A model generated the notes under the pieces. The model saw nothing but the letters and a program-made list of their open reading frames with translations. It was not told the origin of the DNA and made no database searches. A stretch of DNA of 64,000 bases from Vicinamibacterales bacterium (lineage in GTDB: Bacteria > Acidobacteriota > Vicinamibacteria > Vicinamibacterales > CAVVIG01). The translations under genes and the position numbers were made by a program. The stretch is taken from positions 1,850 through 65,849 of the forward strand of contig DASXGC010000334.1 in assembly GCA_036489235.1 (NCBI GenBank), written 5' to 3'. Within the stretch, counting starts at the first letter, position 1, and each line of letters opens with the position of its first letter. Below, in pieces: positions 43,062 to 52,992 of this stretch.

Positions 43062-44465
43062 ATGAATAGCAGCCAGAGGATTACAGGAGTGACCCGGCGA
43101 ATTGTCCGCGGTGTCGGGTTCGTTTTCGTGGCATTGCTCGCTTCGCCATCTCCGCGTGCGATGCAGGCGCCGGCGGCACCGACGTCAATCGCGGTTCGCA
43201 CCGCGGTCGTCGACGGGCTGACACTCCAGTATCTGGAGGCCGGCCGTGGACCAGCGGTCGTACTCCTCCACGGGTACGCCGAGACATCGCGGATGTGGCG
43301 TCCGCTGATGCCGCAACTGGCAGCGAACCACCGGGTCATTGCGCCGGATCTGCCCGGCATTGGCGGGTCGGCAGTCCCGAAAGACGGTCTCGACATGAAG
43401 AACGCGGCCGTGCGCATGCACGCGCTCGTACGGCAGCTCGGGGTCGACCACGCAGTGGTCGTGGGCCACGACATCGGGCTGATGGTCGCGTACGCTTATG
43501 CCGCGCAATTCCCGAACGAGGTGGACAAGCTGATCCTGATGGACGCGTTTCTGCCAGGCGTGGAAGGTTGGGAAGCGATTTACAACAATCCGGCGATCTG
43601 GCATTTCCGGTTCAACGGTCCCACGCCCGAGGCGTTGGTGAAAGGTCGCGAGCGCACCTACTTCGAACACTTCTGGAACGACTTCGCCGCCGACCAAACC
43701 CGCTCCATCCCTGAGACCGACCGCCAGGCCTACACCACGGCCTATGCGCGTCCGGGCCGGATGCGAGCGGCGTGGTCCTACTTCGTTTCCTTTCAGCAGG
43801 CTGCCACCGACTTCGCGCAGCTCTCCCGGTCGAAGCTGCCCATGCCGCTGCTGACGATCGGCGGAGAGAAGGCGAACGGCACGGCGCTCATCGCGCAGGG
43901 GAAGATCGTCGCCACGAACGTGACGTCGGTCGTCTTGGCGAACACCGGCCATTGGCTCATGGAAGAAAACCGGGAGGAGACCATAGCGGCGATCACCCGC
44001 TTTGTCGCTGGGGCGACCCAACCAGTTTCCCCATCATCGTCTCCTCAGTCGTCTGCTCTCCCCGAGATGCGGCTGACGCCGACCGAGATTAGCGCGCGGG
44101 CTGCCGGCGCAAGCCAGATCGGCAGTTCATTTCTACCGGGCGTCACCACGACGGTCCTGTTCGGCGACCCGTCGAAGGCAGGTTTCTATACGATCGTGCT
44201 GTTCGTGCCGGCCAACACGACCATCCCGGCGCATTCCCACCGTGACGACCGCATGGCCACCGTCATGTCGGGCACGTGGCAATTTGGCTACGGCGACCGT
44301 TTCAGTGAGCCGGCGCTCAAGAACCTCCCGCCAGGCAGCGTGTACTCGGAGCCCGGTGCAGCCAATCATTTCGCTCGGACAGGTGCTGAGGCTGTCCTGG
44401 TCCAAATCTCGGGATTTGGTCCGACGGACACGCGGTATGTTGATCAGTCCGCCGCGCCAAAATGA
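43062..44465 (+). CDS. Alpha/beta hydrolase (epoxide hydrolase / haloalkane dehalogenase-like) with a C-terminal cupin domain
   Basis: VVLLHGYAETSRMW..VVGHDIGLMVAY (nucleophile elbow). C-terminal region ..IPAHSHRDDRMATVMSGTWQFGYGD. Confidence 0.8.
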   Translation: MNSSQRITGVTRRIVRGVGFVFVALLASPSPRAMQAPAAPTSIAVRTAVVDGLTLQYLEAGRGPAVVLLHGYAETSRMWRPLMPQLAANHRVIAPDLPGIGGSAVPKDGLDMKNAAVRMHALVRQLGVDHAVVVGHDIGLMVAYAYAAQFPNEVDKLILMDAFLPGVEGWEAIYNNPAIWHFRFNGPTPEALVKGRERTYFEHFWNDFAADQTRSIPETDRQAYTTAYARPGRMRAAWSYFVSFQQAATDFAQLSRSKLPMPLLTIGGEKANGTALIAQGKIVATNVTSVVLANTGHWLMEENREETIAAITRFVAGATQPVSPSSSPQSSALPEMRLTPTEISARAAGASQIGSSFLPGVTTTVLFGDPSKAGFYTIVLFVPANTTIPAHSHRDDRMATVMSGTWQFGYGDRFSEPALKNLPPGSVYSEPGAANHFARTGAEAVLVQISGFGPTDTRYVDQSAAPK

Positions 44466-44472
44466 CCGCAGC

Positions 44473-45399
44473 TCAGGCATCCTCGTGGTTCTCGTCATCG
44501 CGTAAGGTGGGACGCGCTCGTGCGATCAAATCATCGATTCTCGAGAGGAACAGCGTCAGGATCGGTGATGCGTTGGCAACGTTGTACCCGACGACCAGAT
44601 CGATCGTCGGCACCGCGCCGCTCAGAGGGCGGCTGATGACCGACCACGGGAGAAACGGTTGCACGTACGCGGGTAACAACGAGACGCTGCGAGTCGAGGC
44701 GATCAGGGACATCGCCATGGCAAGATTGTCGGCTTCGTGCTCCGGCTTGGCGTCGATTCCGAAACTCTTCAGGTAATCGTCGACCACCTTCCGCAGCACC
44801 GGAGCCGCCGACACGCTGAGGAGTCTCTCGCCGGCGATCTCCGTCGGGTCGATAGCTTCTCGCGCGGCAAGACGGTGATCGCTCGGAAGGATGACGACAA
44901 GTGGTTCCCTGGTGACGACCCTGTAGATCAGATCTGGCGCCTCGATCTCGGCTCTTAGGAACGCGACATCGAGCGTGCCTCTCAGCACATCCTCTCCAAG
45001 GTCATGAGAGGAAGACCGGCTCGAGACGGTGACATCGATCCTCGGCAACTGGTCGCGAAGAACACGCATCACCTCAGGCAACCAGTCGATCTCCTGTCCG
45101 GTCAGGAATCCAACAGCAAACGAAGGCTTGTTCGGTTTGGCCGCCCGGCGCGCCGCTTCACTGGCGGCGTCGACCTGAATCAGCGCCAGCCGCGCATGAT
45201 CGAGAAAGGCCTTCCCTGCCGCCGTCAACTCAATGCCGCGGGCGTTGCGAGTCAGGAGCTGCGTGCCCACTTCGTTTTCCAGATCGCGGATTTGACGACT
45301 GAGAGACGGCTGCGCGGTGTGGAGTAATTTCTGAGCGGCCACGGTCAGGCTTCCAGCCTCCGCAACGGCAACGAAATAGCGAAGATGCCGTAGTTCCAT
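44473..45399 (-). CDS. LysR family transcriptional regulator
   Basis: MELRHLRYFVAVAEAGSLTVAAQKLLHTAQPSLSRQIRDLE. Confidence 0.9.
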   Translation of the reverse strand: MELRHLRYFVAVAEAGSLTVAAQKLLHTAQPSLSRQIRDLENEVGTQLLTRNARGIELTAAGKAFLDHARLALIQVDAASEAARRAAKPNKPSFAVGFLTGQEIDWLPEVMRVLRDQLPRIDVTVSSRSSSHDLGEDVLRGTLDVAFLRAEIEAPDLIYRVVTREPLVVILPSDHRLAAREAIDPTEIAGERLLSVSAAPVLRKVVDDYLKSFGIDAKPEHEADNLAMAMSLIASTRSVSLLPAYVQPFLPWSVISRPLSGAVPTIDLVVGYNVANASPILTLFLSRIDDLIARARPTLRDDENHEDA

Positions 45400-45404
45400 T
45401 CAGC

Positions 45405-45429
45405 GTCCCATACCTGACAGATATGGGAC
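45405..45429. promoter_or_regulatory. LysR-type binding site candidate
   Basis: Perfect inverted repeat GTCCCATA-N9-TATGGGAC in the lysR/SDR divergent intergenic region. Confidence 0.55.
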
Positions 45430-45492
45430 GCAGCATACAAGGTATTTGTTGACGGGCCAATTTCCACGTATACATGCTGGCGAGGTATACGT

Positions 45493-46239
45493 ATGGCCAG
45501 TCTCTCGGGAAAAACCGCTCTTGTCACCGGCGCTTCCCGCGGCATTGGCCGCGCCAGCGCTTTGGCCCTCGCCGAGCGAGGCGCGCAGGTGCTGATTCAC
45601 TATGGCCGCGGTAAAGCGGAAGCCGAATCGGTCGTCGCCGCGATTCGCAACGGTGGCGGCCAGGCTCAGGCGGTCGGCTCGGATCTCTCGGCGCCTGACG
45701 GGGCGCACAACCTGGCGAACCAGGTTCGCCCGATCGTCGGCGACCGGCTGGACATCCTCGTTGCGAATGCAGGCGTGTCGAAGTCAGCCAAGCTCGAAGA
45801 AATGACGGTTGAGGATTTCGACCGTCTCTTCGCGGTGAATGTCCGCTCGCCGTTCTTTTTGATTCAGCAGACCCTTCCCATTCTGGGCAGTGGCAGCAGC
45901 ATTGTCTTCATTTCGTCGCTCGGCGCCCATGCGGTCGTGGGCGAGCTGGCGGCTTATGCGGCGACCAAGGGAGCCATCGACACGCTGGTCAAACACCTGG
46001 CCGCCGCGCTTGGCCCGCGCGGGATTCGGGTCAATGCCGTGGCCCCCGGCATCGTCGACACCGAGATGTCGAACTTCACGAAGACAGATGCCGGTCAGAA
46101 ATACGCCTTGAACATGCAAGCGCTCCAGCGTCTGGCGCGACCCGAGGACATTGGTCCTGTCGTCGCGTTTCTTGCGTCCGACGACGCCCGCTGGATCACC
46201 GGCGATACCGTTCGCGTTGACGGCGGCTCGAAGCTTTGA
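45493..46239 (+). CDS. SDR family oxidoreductase
   Basis: TGASRGIGRA (TGxxxGxG) and the catalytic YxxxK (YAATKGA). Confidence 0.9.
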   Translation: MASLSGKTALVTGASRGIGRASALALAERGAQVLIHYGRGKAEAESVVAAIRNGGGQAQAVGSDLSAPDGAHNLANQVRPIVGDRLDILVANAGVSKSAKLEEMTVEDFDRLFAVNVRSPFFLIQQTLPILGSGSSIVFISSLGAHAVVGELAAYAATKGAIDTLVKHLAAALGPRGIRVNAVAPGIVDTEMSNFTKTDAGQKYALNMQALQRLARPEDIGPVVAFLASDDARWITGDTVRVDGGSKL

Positions 46240-46396
46240 AGGACCGACAAGACATGTTGAGTGGGCCGGTCCGTTCCTTCAAGAGACACTCGCCGGGCTC
46301 TCGTAATCTGAGCAATTGCCAGCGGGAGCCAGGACGTGTCGCACCGCGATGAGCGACGATAGCTCCCTCGTACTCGAGCAGGAAAAGGAGTCTCCC

Positions 46397-46825
46397 ATGC
46401 CGATGATCGACATTTACGCTGCCGCTGGTACGTTCGGCGACACCAGGAAGCTCGCGGCCGACGCCGCCGCTCTGGTGAAGTCGGTCGAACAGGTTCCGGA
46501 CATTCCGATGTTCCGGAAGAACACGGCGGCCTTTGTCCATGAGATGCCAGCGGCCGCCATCTCCAACGTGGACGGCGACAGCAACTATGTGCGGGTTCAG
46601 GTTTTGACCAACGCCGGCGCACTGGACCGCAACAAGCAAATCGCCCTCGTCGGAGGGCTGACCGACCTCATCGCCGCCGCGGCCAATGACCCCGAGCTGA
46701 AGACTCGCACCTGGGTGCTGTTGACGGAGGCGGCTCCGGGCGGCTGGGGCTTGTGGGGACACGCGCAGACCAACGAGGAACTCGTCAGCGCGGCCCGGGC
46801 CGAGATTGGGCGCCTTCGTGGATGA
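46397..46825 (+). CDS. Tautomerase (4-oxalocrotonate tautomerase superfamily) protein
   Basis: AAGGAG sits 6 nt before the ATG. The N-terminal MPMIDIY with Pro after Met is typical of the family. Confidence 0.65.
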   Translation: MPMIDIYAAAGTFGDTRKLAADAAALVKSVEQVPDIPMFRKNTAAFVHEMPAAAISNVDGDSNYVRVQVLTNAGALDRNKQIALVGGLTDLIAAAANDPELKTRTWVLLTEAAPGGWGLWGHAQTNEELVSAARAEIGRLRG

Positions 46826-47624
46826 GAAGTGGCGAACCATCGACGGGCTCAACGTGCGTTATGCGACGAACGGCAGCGGCGTCGAGAAGGTTGTGCTGTT
46901 CAGCCCGTGGCCGGAGAGCATCTTTGCGTTCGCCCCTGTGTGGGACGGGCTGACCAGGCAGTTCGAGGTGCTGGCCTTTGACCTTCCTGGTTTCGGACGC
47001 TCGGAGGCCCGTGAGGATCTGTTCGCGCCGCAGAAGATGGGCGAGTTCATCGCAAAGGCGATCGACGCGTTCGGGCTCTCGTCCGTCCACGCCGTCGGGC
47101 TTGACGTCGGCGCACCTTCCCTTCTGTTTGCCGCACTGGCGCGTCCGGAACTGTTCCGGAGCCTCGTCGTCGGCGCCGGCGCCTCGACCTACCCGCTTAT
47201 CGTGGACGGCGTCCTCAAGTCGATGATCGAAGCGGAGACGCTACCACCATTGAACGCCGTTGACGTCGTGGGCGGGTTTCTGAGTTCGATTCACGGGTAC
47301 GCCGTGCCGCCGTTTGTCCGCGACGATTATCTCGCCTCCTACGAGGGCGATCGACTGACGCGATCCGCGGCGCTCGTCCGGGCGTACCCGAAAGATCTGG
47401 CGGTCCTCGCGCCACGGCTTGCATCCATCAAGCTGCCCGTCGCGATCGTTGTCGGTCGGAATGACCCGTACGGGCTCGCTCGAGATGCGGCAGTGCTGCG
47501 CGAACGGCTGCCGCATGCGCGCCTGGATGTGCTCGAGGCCGGTCACTGTTTCTGGGAGGAGCGGGCGCCCGAGTTCGAATCAATCGTCACCGAGTGGGTG
47601 AACGGCGGCTTTCGTTTGTCGTAG
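46806..47624 (+). CDS. Alpha/beta hydrolase
   Basis: ..VVLFSPWPESIFAF..PGFGRSE..HAVGLDVGA..EAGHCFWEE. The alternative GTG start at 46818 overlaps the preceding stop. Confidence 0.8.
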   Translation: MGAFVDEKWRTIDGLNVRYATNGSGVEKVVLFSPWPESIFAFAPVWDGLTRQFEVLAFDLPGFGRSEAREDLFAPQKMGEFIAKAIDAFGLSSVHAVGLDVGAPSLLFAALARPELFRSLVVGAGASTYPLIVDGVLKSMIEAETLPPLNAVDVVGGFLSSIHGYAVPPFVRDDYLASYEGDRLTRSAALVRAYPKDLAVLAPRLASIKLPVAIVVGRNDPYGLARDAAVLRERLPHARLDVLEAGHCFWEERAPEFESIVTEWVNGGFRLS

Positions 47625-47677
47625 ACGCAGTTCCTCCAGGCGAACGGTCATTCGTACGCGTACCGGCGGTGGCGAAG

Positions 47678-47824
47678 CCTCTCCAGGACCCGACCAATCT
47701 GCCGAACGCCGTATTGCTGACCTACCCCGACGCGGGGCACGGCTCGCTCTTCCAGTATCCTGATGCCTTCACGAGGCAGGCGGCCGTGTTCCGGTCCTCC
47801 GACTCCGAGTCGGCCGCCTTCTGA
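47678..47824 (+). pseudogene. Orphan C-terminal fragment of an alpha/beta hydrolase
   Basis: ..LPNAVLLTYPDAGHGSLFQYPDAFTRQAAVF matches the catalytic-His end of alpha/beta hydrolases. No upstream core is present. Confidence 0.55.
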
Positions 47825-47839
47825 ACGCGAGGAATTGCG

Positions 47840-48694
47840 ATGAGCCCGATCGACGCCAACGCTTCCGGCCAGTTCAAGATCGGAGACACTACGGTCAATC
47901 GTCTCGGCTACGGAGCCATGCGGATCACGGGCCGCGGCATCTGGGGACCGCCTGCCGACCGTGATGCCGCGCTCGCCACGCTGCGCAGGCTCCCGGAGAT
48001 CGGCGTCAACTTCATCGACACGGCCGACAGCTACGGCCCCGACGTGTCGGAGCAACTGATCCATGAGGCACTTCATCCCTATGACGGCCTGCTGATCGCC
48101 ACGAAGGCGGGCCTTACGCGCCAGGGACCGGACCAGTGGGCGTCCAACGGGCGCCCCGCCTACCTGATTGCGCAGGCGAAGGGCAGTCTGAGGAAGCTCG
48201 GTGTCGAACAGATCCAGCTGTGGCAGCTTCATCGGATCGACCCGCGCGTGCCGCGTGACGAACAGTTTGGCGCCGTGCGTCAGCTGTTGGATGAAGGCCT
48301 CATCCGCCATGCGGGGCTGAGCGAGGTTTCGGTGGACGACATCAAGGCCGCTGGTCAGGTATTTCCGGTGGCGACAGTCCAGAACCGCTACAACCTTGTC
48401 GATCGCGGCAGCGCCGATGTGCTGGTCTATTGCACCACTAACAACATCGGCTTCATCCCCTGGTTTCCGCTCGCGGCCGGCGAGCTGACCCGACCCGGTG
48501 GTCTCGTCGATCGCATCGCCTCCGCGCACGGCGCGACCGCCGGCCAGATCGCGCTTGCGTGGCTGCTGCAGCGGAGCCCCGTCATTCTGCCGATCCCCGG
48601 CACGCTGCGGGTTGCCCACCTGGAAGAAAACGTCGCGGCGGCAGACCTGTCGCTGTCGCCTGAAGAAATCGCGGAGCTCGACGCGGCGGCCTGA
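47840..48694 (+). CDS. Aldo/keto reductase
   Basis: ..[28 protein letters not shown].. Confidence 0.9.
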   Translation: MSPIDANASGQFKIGDTTVNRLGYGAMRITGRGIWGPPADRDAALATLRRLPEIGVNFIDTADSYGPDVSEQLIHEALHPYDGLLIATKAGLTRQGPDQWASNGRPAYLIAQAKGSLRKLGVEQIQLWQLHRIDPRVPRDEQFGAVRQLLDEGLIRHAGLSEVSVDDIKAAGQVFPVATVQNRYNLVDRGSADVLVYCTTNNIGFIPWFPLAAGELTRPGGLVDRIASAHGATAGQIALAWLLQRSPVILPIPGTLRVAHLEENVAAADLSLSPEEIAELDAAA

Positions 48695-48726
48695 AACTCG
48701 CCGCGCGTGTGGTTCGGAGGTGTGAC

Positions 48727-49038
48727 GTGAGCACCATCGATCGCATCGGCATTCGTCGCGTCACCGTTGAACGGGCGACCGTCATCTCCGGACAGTCGTT
48801 CGATGCCGTCCTCGCGAAGCTCTCGGCCGCCGTCGGCCATCCCGACATGTCAGCGTTTGTGCGAAACATCGCAGCGGCTTACAACAATCTCTATCACGTC
48901 GATTCGAGCTGAATGGCGGCAAGATCGTGGGCGCTCGTAAGTACAACGACACGGCACACATCTTCGAAACGTTGCGCGCTGGAGACCGCCCGCGGCCACG
49001 CACCGCCAGCAGCATCGCGAAGGACAAGGCGGCGCATG
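48727..49038 (+). pseudogene. Mosaic of short gene remnants
   Basis: The DUF302-like start (..SGQSFDAVLAKLSAAVGHPDMSAFVRNIAAA) ends at 48912. A shifted frame then reads FELNGGKIVGARKYNDTAHIFETL, which looks like the C-terminus of an NTF2/SnoaL-like protein. Confidence 0.35.
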
Positions 49039-49677
49039 CTACCGACCCTTTGAGGACCTGCGCCGCGAAGGGCTCGCCGTCCGCACACGCACAGGCGACG
49101 TGCCCGTGCCGGTGGCAACGGCTTTGAGCTCCTCGACCGCCGCCTGGATGTGTCGCGAGAGGGGGCGCTGCTCTTTGTCATCGACCCAGCGCTCGAGCGC
49201 GTTCTTGAATATCGCGATTCCCAACTCCGCGACCAGATCGGCGGCGGAGGCGGCGACGCCACGTCGTCGCAAGCCGTGTGCAGTCGCAGACGCCAATGTC
49301 GCCAGCTTGATCAGCTCGCGTTCTTGAAGATCGGCGTGAGTGGTGATGATACCGCGTCGCTTCCGTGCGTAGCCGCGGCGCTCCTCGAAGATCGACGCGG
49401 TCGCCTGGACGGCCGCGATGACCGCGTCGAACGGTACGGTCGCGGCCGGAACGTTCGCGATGGTGTCGACGATCAACCGCTCGAGATCCTTCGCGCCACC
49501 GAACAGCACTTCACGCTTGTCGGCAAAGTAGCGGAAGAAGGTGCGTTCCGTCACGCCCGCGCGCGCGGCGATCTCCTCCACGGTCGTGCGGTCGTAGCCG
49601 CGCGTCTCGAACAGCGCCATGGCCGCCTGCTCGAGCCGTCCGCGCGCGTTCGGTTCCCAGCGGCCCATCTCATCCAT
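49039..49677 (-). CDS. TetR family transcriptional regulator
   Basis: HTH: YDRTTVEEIAARAGVTERTFFRYFADKREVL. Confidence 0.9.
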   Translation of the reverse strand: MDEMGRWEPNARGRLEQAAMALFETRGYDRTTVEEIAARAGVTERTFFRYFADKREVLFGGAKDLERLIVDTIANVPAATVPFDAVIAAVQATASIFEERRGYARKRRGIITTHADLQERELIKLATLASATAHGLRRRGVAASAADLVAELGIAIFKNALERWVDDKEQRPLSRHIQAAVEELKAVATGTGTSPVRVRTASPSRRRSSKGR

Positions 49678-49692
49678 GGTACCCGATCTGAT

Positions 49693-49740
49693 TGTCAGAA
49701 ACTGACATCACATGCTATGGTTGATGTCAGAGTCTGACAT
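49693..49740. promoter_or_regulatory. Two copies of a TGTCAG-N3-CTGACA palindrome (candidate TetR operators)
   Basis: TGTCAGAAACTGACA at 49693-49707 and ATGTCAGAGTCTGACAT at 49724-49740, between tetR and the SDR gene. Confidence 0.65.
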
Positions 49741-49755
49741 CAGGAGAACAACATC

Positions 49756-50706
49756 ATGCGCGTATTCATCACCGGCGCCTCCGGCCACATCGGCTCCGCC
49801 GTCGTCCCCGAACTCCTCGCGGCTGGCCATCAAGTGATCGGCCTGGCGCGGTCCGACGCCTCGGCGGCTGCGCTTACTGCTGCCGGCGCCACGGTACGCG
49901 GCGGCGACCTCGACGACCTCGTGGGACTCCAGGAGGCCGCGGCCGCTGCGGACGGCGTCATCCACCTTGCGTTCAAACACGAGGTGGCGTTCACCGGCGA
50001 CTTCGCCGGCGCCGCCGCCGCGGACCTGCGCGCCGTCGATGCGATCGGCGCCGCGCTCGAGGGCTCGGGCAAGCCGTTCGTCGGCACGTCGGGAACGCTG
50101 CTGCTCACGAGGGCCGCGGCCGGCCGCGTCGGCACCGAACAGGACCATCTCGATGCTGGACCGCGGATCGATTCGGAAAACGCCGTAATTGCAATGGCCG
50201 ATCGGGGCGTGCGATCGTCGGTGATCCGGCTCGCACCGACCGTGCACAGCTCGCTCGATCATCACGGCTTCGTGCCGACTTTGATCGCGATGGCGCGAAA
50301 GAACCGCACCGCCGCCTACGTCGGCGATGGGTCGAACCGCTGGCCCGCCGTGCACACGCTCGACGCCGCGCGCCTGTACCGACTGGCGCTGGAGAACGCG
50401 CCCGCCGGCTCACGGCTGCACGGAGTGGCGGACGAGGGCGTCCCGTTTCGGGTGATCGCTGAAGCGATCGGCCGCGGTCTTGGCGTGCCGACGATCGGCG
50501 TCACGGCGGAGGACGCTCCGCAACACCTCGGCTTTCTAGCGATGTTCGCGCAGCTCGATAATCCGACGTCCAGCGCGCAGACGCAGGCGCTGCTCGGCTG
50601 GCGGCCAACGCACTCGGGACTGCTCGCCGACCTCGCCGAACGTCACTACTTCGAGGTGGCGCCGGATCCGCTATGGGACGCTCGACCACAAGGAGCCACG
50701 TCATGA
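49756..50706 (+). CDS. SDR family (NmrA / atypical SDR-like) NAD(P)-binding oxidoreductase
   Basis: MRVFITGASGHIGSAVVPELLAAGHQV. Confidence 0.85.
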   Translation: MRVFITGASGHIGSAVVPELLAAGHQVIGLARSDASAAALTAAGATVRGGDLDDLVGLQEAAAAADGVIHLAFKHEVAFTGDFAGAAAADLRAVDAIGAALEGSGKPFVGTSGTLLLTRAAAGRVGTEQDHLDAGPRIDSENAVIAMADRGVRSSVIRLAPTVHSSLDHHGFVPTLIAMARKNRTAAYVGDGSNRWPAVHTLDAARLYRLALENAPAGSRLHGVADEGVPFRVIAEAIGRGLGVPTIGVTAEDAPQHLGFLAMFAQLDNPTSSAQTQALLGWRPTHSGLLADLAERHYFEVAPDPLWDARPQGATS

Positions 50707-51593
50707 GTGAAGTGAAGCTCGGTGGCCGGTTCACATTCCCCGGCACATCGCTGACCGTTCATCGGATCGGATATGGCGCGATGCAGCTGGCCGGCCCAGG
50801 TGTGTTTGGGCCTCCGAAGGATCCGGACGCCGCTCTCGCCGTGCTCCGCGCGGCGGTCGCCGCCGGCGTGAACCATATCGACACGTCGGACTATTACGGC
50901 CCGCACGTGACCAATCAGATCATCCGCCAGGCGCTCCATCCCTATCCGCCGGACCTGGTCATCGTCACCAAGCTCGGTGGCCGTCGGCCAGCGGACGGAT
51001 CGTGGCAGCCGGCGATCTCGCCGGCGGAACTGGCCGCCGGCGTTCACGACAACCTCCGCAATCTTGGGCTGGAGGCGGTCGACATCGCCAACTACCGCAG
51101 GATGGGATCAGGCCACGGTCCCTCGGAGGGATCGATCGCCGAGCAGGTGACGGTGCTGGCCGATCTCCAACGCCAGGGATTGATCCATCACATCGGCTTG
51201 AGCAATGTCACGGCCGCGCAAGTGATCGAGGCGCAGGCGATCACCGACATCGTCTGCGTGCAAAACCACTACAACCTCGCCCACCGCGAAGACGACGCCC
51301 TGATCGACGACTTGGCCAAACGAGGGATCGCATACGTGCCGTTCTTCCCTCTCGGCGGTTTCACACCGCTGCAGTCGTCCACGCTGTCGGACGTCGCGAG
51401 GCAACTCGGGGCGACGCCGATGCAGGTCGCACTTGCCTGGCTGTTACACCGCTCGCCAAACATTCTGCTGATCCCCGGCACCTCGTCGGTCGCCCATCTC
51501 CGCGAGAACCTGGCGGCTGAGACTCTGACGCTGTCGCCGAGTACAGTGGCGGAGTTGGACGGAATCGCCGCGGCAGCGGCGGCCGAGAACTAG
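50703..51593 (+). CDS. Aldo/keto reductase
   Basis: ATGA overlap with the preceding gene. ..IGYGAMQLAGPGVFGPP..VNHIDTSDYYGP.. Confidence 0.9.
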   Translation: MSEVKLGGRFTFPGTSLTVHRIGYGAMQLAGPGVFGPPKDPDAALAVLRAAVAAGVNHIDTSDYYGPHVTNQIIRQALHPYPPDLVIVTKLGGRRPADGSWQPAISPAELAAGVHDNLRNLGLEAVDIANYRRMGSGHGPSEGSIAEQVTVLADLQRQGLIHHIGLSNVTAAQVIEAQAITDIVCVQNHYNLAHREDDALIDDLAKRGIAYVPFFPLGGFTPLQSSTLSDVARQLGATPMQVALAWLLHRSPNILLIPGTSSVAHLRENLAAETLTLSPSTVAELDGIAAAAAAEN

Positions 51594-51607
51594 TCGCAAA
51601 GTTCTTG

Positions 51608-52990
51608 TCACTGCACGCCACCGACCGCTCGATAGAGGCCGACGATTCCCGTGAACACGTCGGCCTCCGCCTGTGCGACGCCGTCTTCCGCCTGCAGGGC
51701 GGTTCGTTCGGCGTCGAGCAGCTGGAGAAAGTCGGCGAGACCCTCTCGGAAGCGCACGCGCGCGATCGCCGCGGCCCGCGCGCTCTCGCGCGCTTCATCC
51801 GCGAGCTTCACGAGACGCTCCTGCCGTTGCCGATAGGCGACGAGCGCCGTTTCGGTCTCTTCGAGCGCCAGCAGCATCGTCTGCTCATATTGGGCGAGGC
51901 CCTCCTGCGTCGCGGCATGCGCGCCGCGTAGCCGCGCCCGCGCGCTTCCCAGATCGAAGGCACTCCATTGCAGCGCCGGCGTGACGGCCCACATTCGTGA
52001 ATCGCTGGTGCCGAAAATGTTGCCGCGTCCCGCGAGCAGACCGAGCGCGCCTGCCAGAGTGATGCGGGGATACAGATCGGCCGCAGCGACCCCTTCCCTC
52101 GCCGCGATCGCGGCGAGGCGGCGCTCGGCCGCTCGAACGTCGGGGCGGCGGTCCAACAGTTTGTCGGGCGGACCGAGCGCAATCGACGTCGCCAGGATCG
52201 GGTAGGCACGAGGCGCGAGGTCCACCGTCAGTTGTCCCGGTGCCCGGCCGACCAGTACCGCGAGACGATGCGCTCTCGCCGCAAAGGCCGCGCGCAGCGG
52301 CGGCAGGTCGGCTTCAATCGCGGCCACGCGAGCGCGCGCGCTGGCGACGTCCTGCTCCTCGCCGTAGCCCGCATCGCGACGCACTTCGGTCAGGCGCAGC
52401 GTCTCGCGCTGGTTCGTCAGGCTGCGATCGAGGACCGACAGCCGCTGCTGGATGCCCCGGAGCTCGAAGTAGGTGAACCCCACGTCGGCGGCGACGCTCA
52501 CCCGCACGTTCGCCAGCGCTGCCTCGAAGCTCTCCGCGTTGGCGGATGCGGCGGCGATCGCCGCTCGCACCCGGCCGAACAGATCGAGCTCCCACGACGC
52601 GTCGAAGCCGACCCGGTAGGTGTTGGTCCGAATCGGCTGGTCGGTGAATCCGGGAATCGCCTGTTCGCGGACATCGACGTAGGCACCAGCCGTGACCGTC
52701 GGATAGAGACGGCGTCGATCCTCGTCAAACACTGCCCGGGACTGATCGTAGCGCGCAACTGCGGACCGCACGTCACGGTTGGCATCGACAGCGGCGTCCT
52801 CGAGCGCTTCCAGGACGGGGTCCTGGAACTGACGCCACCACCGCGGATCGTAGGTCTCGTCCGACGCGAACGACGCATCCCAGTTGGTCAACGGCGTCCT
52901 CGCGAGAGTCGATGCCGGCGGCGCGGTTCGGACGGCGCATGCGGCCACAGACAGCGTCATCACGAGCAGGAAGAATTTATTGGCACGCAT
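51608..52990 (-). CDS. Efflux transporter outer membrane lipoprotein (NodT/OprM family)
   Basis: Start at MRANKFFLLVMTLSVAAC (lipobox), 2 nt after the RND gene's stop. The longer track ORF (to 53587) overlaps the RND gene and is rejected. Confidence 0.85.
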   Translation of the reverse strand: MRANKFFLLVMTLSVAACAVRTAPPASTLARTPLTNWDASFASDETYDPRWWRQFQDPVLEALEDAAVDANRDVRSAVARYDQSRAVFDEDRRRLYPTVTAGAYVDVREQAIPGFTDQPIRTNTYRVGFDASWELDLFGRVRAAIAAASANAESFEAALANVRVSVAADVGFTYFELRGIQQRLSVLDRSLTNQRETLRLTEVRRDAGYGEEQDVASARARVAAIEADLPPLRAAFAARAHRLAVLVGRAPGQLTVDLAPRAYPILATSIALGPPDKLLDRRPDVRAAERRLAAIAAREGVAAADLYPRITLAGALGLLAGRGNIFGTSDSRMWAVTPALQWSAFDLGSARARLRGAHAATQEGLAQYEQTMLLALEETETALVAYRQRQERLVKLADEARESARAAAIARVRFREGLADFLQLLDAERTALQAEDGVAQAEADVFTGIVGLYRAVGGVQ

Positions 52991-52992
52991 GA

